Origin: Hormoscilla sp.
GTDB lineage: Bacteria; Cyanobacteriota; Cyanobacteriia; Cyanobacteriales; Desertifilaceae
Reading direction: 5' to 3'
Assembly: GCA_051439505.1 (NCBI GenBank)
Contig: JBFRWI010000228.1
Coordinates: forward strand, 1 to 64,000
Length of the DNA stretch: 64,000 nucleotides
The translations under genes were made by a program, and so were the position numbers. Below the pieces are notes generated by a model that saw only the letters and a list, made by a program, of their open reading frames with translations, had not been told where the DNA came from and did no database searches. How positions within the stretch are numbered: the first letter of the stretch is position 1; every line of letters starts with the position of its first letter. Positions 60,187-64,000 of this stretch are shown one piece after another.

Positions 60187-61212
60187 ATGACTCGATTAGT
60201 TCACGATCAATTTGCCAAGCAATATTTCTCAGAAGTATTGCATCTCCTGGGGGAAGTCGAAATCAGCAAAGAAATCACCTCGGAAGTCAGACAAATAGAT
60301 ATTTTTTTCATCCCGGGTCCTGATGCGGCAGCCAAGGCAGAACAGATAGGTGTGCTGGGACGCTTGGCCGCCAACTGTGCCGCTGGTTTTGAGGTATTCC
60401 GCAATGCGGTCGAAAAAAAAGAAATTCGTGAATGTATGGGCAAAATGTATGACTATCATTCATTATTAGATCGCCAGGCAAGACGAGAAAAGAAATCCAT
60501 AGAAGAGGCAGAATACCCTCATCTGTGGATCCTCACTCCGACAATTTCTGATGAAATACTGGAAGGCTTGCCAGTGAAACCGGATACAGAGAACGGTATG
60601 AGAGGCATATATTCTCTGGGAGAATGCTTAAAAACCGGTCTGATAGCTATTCATCAACTGCCCCGTACCCCAGAAACAATGTGGTTGCGAATAGTGGGGA
60701 AGGGTACGGTTCAAGAGCAAGCAATGGAAGAACTAAAAGCACTCCCAAAGGATAACCCATTACGGGAGAATACGCTAGAATTGGTTTCTGACCTGCTTTT
60801 GGTCTTAGAAGCACGTCAACGAAATGAAGCAGATCTGGATGAAGAGGATCGAGGTTTGATTATGAAATTATCTTCTGTGTACTTAGAACGACTGAAAACA
60901 GCGACCGAGGAAGGTGTCCAGCAAGGTGTCCAGCAAGGTATCCAGCAAGGTATCCAGCAAGGACTCCAGCAAGGACTCCAGCAAGGACTCCAGCAAGGGC
61001 TCCAGCAAGGGCTCCAGCAAGGGCTCCAGCAAGGACTCATGAGGGAACGCCAGTACATGATCGAAAGTATCCTGCGTATGCGCTTTGGTGAGATAGATCC
61101 GCAACTCGAAGCAATTATCCCGCCATTATTAGCATTATCGGCACCAGAATATACCCCCCTCCTGCTGGAGTTATCTCGTGAAGAATTGTTGGCGAGGTTT
61201 GGAGGTGGTTAG
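60187..61212 (+). CDS. Rpn-like/PD-(D/E)XK-type cyanobacterial hypothetical protein with QQG(L/I/V) repeat
   Basis: HDQFAKQY, EVRQIDIFF, WILTPT, TMWLRI.GKG; 12-bp tandem repeat at ~60910-61036; RFGEID..L C-terminus. Confidence 0.75.
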   Translation: MTRLVHDQFAKQYFSEVLHLLGEVEISKEITSEVRQIDIFFIPGPDAAAKAEQIGVLGRLAANCAAGFEVFRNAVEKKEIRECMGKMYDYHSLLDRQARREKKSIEEAEYPHLWILTPTISDEILEGLPVKPDTENGMRGIYSLGECLKTGLIAIHQLPRTPETMWLRIVGKGTVQEQAMEELKALPKDNPLRENTLELVSDLLLVLEARQRNEADLDEEDRGLIMKLSSVYLERLKTATEEGVQQGVQQGIQQGIQQGLQQGLQQGLQQGLQQGLQQGLQQGLMRERQYMIESILRMRFGEIDPQLEAIIPPLLALSAPEYTPLLLELSREELLARFGGG

Positions 61213-61423
61213 TGGATAACTGACAACCTACAACCTCCCATATAGGCGATCGCGCCAGTTCCAGCCAATATAGAATAACAATGGTAGGGGCACGGCATCG
61301 ATAACATCAGGGTATCAACCGAAATATATCTATTGCCGTGCCCCGGCGCCCCGGCGCCATCATTCGTGCCCCGATCGCATCCGACAGTATATCATATACA
61401 GTTTACTGACACCAAGATAGTCC

Positions 61424-61945
61424 ATGTCTACTTATAACCAGGTACTCAGCCTCGCAAAAAACCTCTCGTCCGACGACCAACTGCGACTGTTATCGGAATT
61501 AGCTATGCAGCTTCGTGACTCAATGGCATCGGACCCCGATCGCAGTTTGGCAGATCTGATTGTAAGTAAATTGAAAGCAGATCAACCCGAAGAAGTAGCA
61601 GTTATTGATTGTTACGCAGTAAATTACGGAAAATGGTCGCTAACTCTCCCTGCACGGTGGAATAACCACTTGGTAAGGACGCGCCCTTATCTTTACACTA
61701 TTCCCGGTAAAACCGCTCAAAGGTTAGGGATCGAAATGGAATTTCCTGATGCCCGAAAGCAATTTGGCTGGCATCATTTAGGTTTAGTAGGAGAAGGTTA
61801 CATTATTCAAGTTATTCCTTTTATTGGACAAATTGAGACGCGACGTATTCACAGTATTCGCTATTACCAAAATCAAACTACATCATCAGTTAGATTGATT
61901 CTTGATTCTTTGTCAGATGAGGAGAAAAATAATTATTTAGAATAG
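61424..61945 (+). CDS. Hypothetical protein sharing its first 42 aa with 58660..58899
   Basis: Near-identical DNA at 61399-61550 and 58635-58786. Confidence 0.55.
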   Translation: MSTYNQVLSLAKNLSSDDQLRLLSELAMQLRDSMASDPDRSLADLIVSKLKADQPEEVAVIDCYAVNYGKWSLTLPARWNNHLVRTRPYLYTIPGKTAQRLGIEMEFPDARKQFGWHHLGLVGEGYIIQVIPFIGQIETRRIHSIRYYQNQTTSSVRLILDSLSDEEKNNYLE

Positions 61946-62117
61946 TGCAATGAGAACAGGTTGATATTCTGGAGGCTAACACCGTCGTGGACAGTTGCTT
62001 TTGCTTCCAAGGCGATCGGAGTACCCTTGGCAAAGCTAGCATCTCGGGTAAGCGCTTGCTTAGGGAGAACGCTGGATATGATACCACAATCTGTACAGCT
62101 TACGAGTTAATGGGAGC

Positions 62118-62324
62118 ATGAAAATGTGGCAAGATGAAATCCTCGAAGAAATTTACAAAATTAGAGAAGAACACGCCAAGGCTTTTAACTACGATTTACA
62201 AGCGATCTGCGACGATCTGCGACGGAAGCAGGCTTCCAGTGGCACGCAAATTATTTCAAAACCCCTGAAACAACCCCGTCAGCGGAAGCACCTAGCGATC
62301 GGGGGGCGTGAAGATGCCAGTTGA
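62118..62324 (+). CDS. Small antitoxin-like protein downstream of a PIN-toxin remnant
   Basis: MWQDEILEEIYKIREEHAKAFNYDL; upstream frame ends GYDTTICTAYELMGA*, like a VapC C-terminus. Confidence 0.6.
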   Translation: MKMWQDEILEEIYKIREEHAKAFNYDLQAICDDLRRKQASSGTQIISKPLKQPRQRKHLAIGGREDAS

Positions 62325-62493
62325 GAAACCGGGTTTCTTTAAATATGTCGGTGGGAAGGCGAAAATATCCGCAGAAACCCGGTTTCTGGTCACGCGCGGG
62401 GGGGCGATCGCAGGGGAATGATTTTGACTAGCTAGAGAGAATCGTGTTATCATGGAGAACACCTCGAAGAACGCCAACAGGCAAACAACTGCT

Positions 62494-62874
62494 ATGACGA
62501 TCGCAAGGGAACAAAAACCTACTATAATCCGCACGGAACGGGGACTGACAATTTCAGGTACTCGCATCACCATCTATGATGTGATGGACTATGTAACGGA
62601 ACAGTATCCACCCCATTTTATCCGGGCCCTCTTCAACCTGAAACAAGAGCAAATCGATGCAGCATTGTCCTATATTGAAGCAAATCGCGATGCCGTGGAA
62701 GCGGAGTATCAGTTTGTTCTCAAGCAAGCGGAAGAGACGCGGCAATACTGGGAAGAGCAAAATCGCGAATTATTTGCTAAAATAGCTGCTCAGCCACCTA
62801 AACCAGGCATGGAGGCGGCTTGGGAAAAACTGAAAGCCCAGAAAGCCAAACGTCTAGCTCGATCGACCACATGA
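62494..62874 (+). CDS. DUF433 antitoxin
   Basis: IIRTERGLTISGTRITIYDVMDY..EQIDAALSY. Confidence 0.85.
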   Translation: MTIAREQKPTIIRTERGLTISGTRITIYDVMDYVTEQYPPHFIRALFNLKQEQIDAALSYIEANRDAVEAEYQFVLKQAEETRQYWEEQNRELFAKIAAQPPKPGMEAAWEKLKAQKAKRLARSTT

Positions 62875-63266
62875 TTTTCCTAGTAGATCATAATCTTGAA
62901 GGTCATGCTTTGATGATTTCAGGCAGTATTGCCGACCAAGGTTGGCTCGAAATGCTGCCAATTCGTTTTATGACCTTTGCAGAACTCGAATTACCCATTG
63001 CTAGCAATGACCGAATAATTTGGCGATTTGCACAGGCGAACCAAATGATATTGCTGACAGCTAATCGCAGTATGAAGGGTGAAGATTCTCTGGAACAGGT
63101 GATGCGTGAAGAAAATACACTAACTTCATTGCCAGTTATCACCATTGGCAATGCAAATCGCCTCCTGACCGATCTTGATTATCGCGATCGCTGTGTAGAG
63201 CGTATCATGGAAATTGTGCTGGATATTGATGACTATAGAGGATCCAGGAGAATTTTTGTTCCGTGA
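62871..63266 (+). CDS. DUF5615-like PIN domain toxin
   Basis: MIFLVDHNL, SNDRIIWRFAQ, ILLTANR; ATGA overlap with DUF433. Confidence 0.78.
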   Translation: MIFLVDHNLEGHALMISGSIADQGWLEMLPIRFMTFAELELPIASNDRIIWRFAQANQMILLTANRSMKGEDSLEQVMREENTLTSLPVITIGNANRLLTDLDYRDRCVERIMEIVLDIDDYRGSRRIFVP

Positions 63267-63623
63267 TGAATTTGAACCGGCGATCGCCCATCCCATGCGA
63301 TCGCCCATCCGCCCCGCTGATCGCCCCTCTGCCGTACCCTGTAAACAATGGTAGGGGCACGGCATCCAAAATGTTTCGGTATAAATGATAATATAACAGC
63401 CGCCGTGCCCCGGCATCAGTTAAATGGGGGTCGGGCCATACAAATTACTGCGGATGAGTATTTTTACTGATTGACATAAGGAAAAGACTTATTCATAATG
63501 GAGTATATGTTTTGTTCTGCCGAGCCGGAGTTAGGCCACTGTTGCTGGCTAACTGCCCCTAGACAGCAGTGATCGCGTATTTTCAGTCTAATCTATAGTT
63601 AGACATTCTTGAGTAGGAGTTGA

Positions 63624-64000
63624 ATGACAACGATGAGCAATCAAAACGATCCTAATGTTCAAGCCGCTAAGATTAATTTTCGTGGGACAATTATCGCTGC
63701 CGTGATAACTTCTTTGATAACTTCTTTGGTCCCATCATCGGCAGGTGTGATTGTCAACGTTCACTTAAACAAGGAGACATCAAAAACAATCCAGGGAGTG
63801 AAAACTGAGATAGAAGATATAAAATCTTCTGCTAGTTCTATTCAGGGATTTAGATCCGCTACTTATGAAGATAAAAAGGGAAAAAAGTACAAAGTATTTG
63901 GTCCCGATACAATCGCTCCAATAATCGGTGTAGGAGAAGATAGAGATGTAAAGCGACAACTGTGGACAATCAAGAGCGAATACTCTGGATTTACAGCAAA
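63624..64000 (+). CDS. Partial hypothetical protein with N-terminal hydrophobic segment, open at window end
   Basis: AGGAG then ATG at 63624; no stop before 64000. Confidence 0.55.
   Translation, partial: MTTMSNQNDPNVQAAKINFRGTIIAAVITSLITSLVPSSAGVIVNVHLNKETSKTIQGVKTEIEDIKSSASSIQGFRSATYEDKKGKKYKVFGPDTIAPIIGVGEDRDVKRQLWTIKSEYSGFTA

Noticed and set aside
60816..61104. WSPC- and LLEP-repeat ORFs on the minus strand
   Set aside because: Antisense shadows of the QQGL 12-bp repeat in 60187..61212
1..64000. tRNA, rRNA or full-length transposase/integrase genes
   Set aside because: None recognised by eye; HIP1 and heptamer STRR abundance is normal for cyanobacteria

Overview
Window from a filamentous-type cyanobacterium. 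HIP1 GCGATCGC sites, heptamer STRRs and REP-like palindromes are abundant; an Oscillatoriales-like host is only my inference. Housekeeping genes (ribD, coaBC, heme oxygenase, GST, amino-acid ABC ATPase) are mixed with accessory material. Highlights: (1) a ~140-bp-period tandem array of six small non-coding transcription units at 7030-7970, each with TCCGGA-N17/18-GAAAA, a conserved AGATGCACCC(T)GA 5' end and an intrinsic terminator; this is an NsiR1/DIF1-like architecture, but beside ribD. (2) A 15.8-kb lipopeptide NRPS cluster (FAAL-ACP-C-A[Ala]-T and C-A[?]-T-Cy-A[Cys]-T-TE, plus two carboxyl-methyltransferase-family genes). It lies exactly between the two halves of a split Ser/Thr kinase gene and is bounded by GGGTGCATCT...AGATGCACCC MITE ends. 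(3) Several MITE families with 8-bp target duplications. (4) Two DGQHR/DndB-like genes and a Dnd-associated protein 4. (5) Two proteins with dockerin-like repeats, one also with a cohesin-like domain. (6) A LOV histidine kinase/c-di-GMP operon. (7) Many toxin-antitoxin modules and pseudogenes, with PIN toxins repeatedly decayed. All assignments are from motif recognition by eye; no searches were run.
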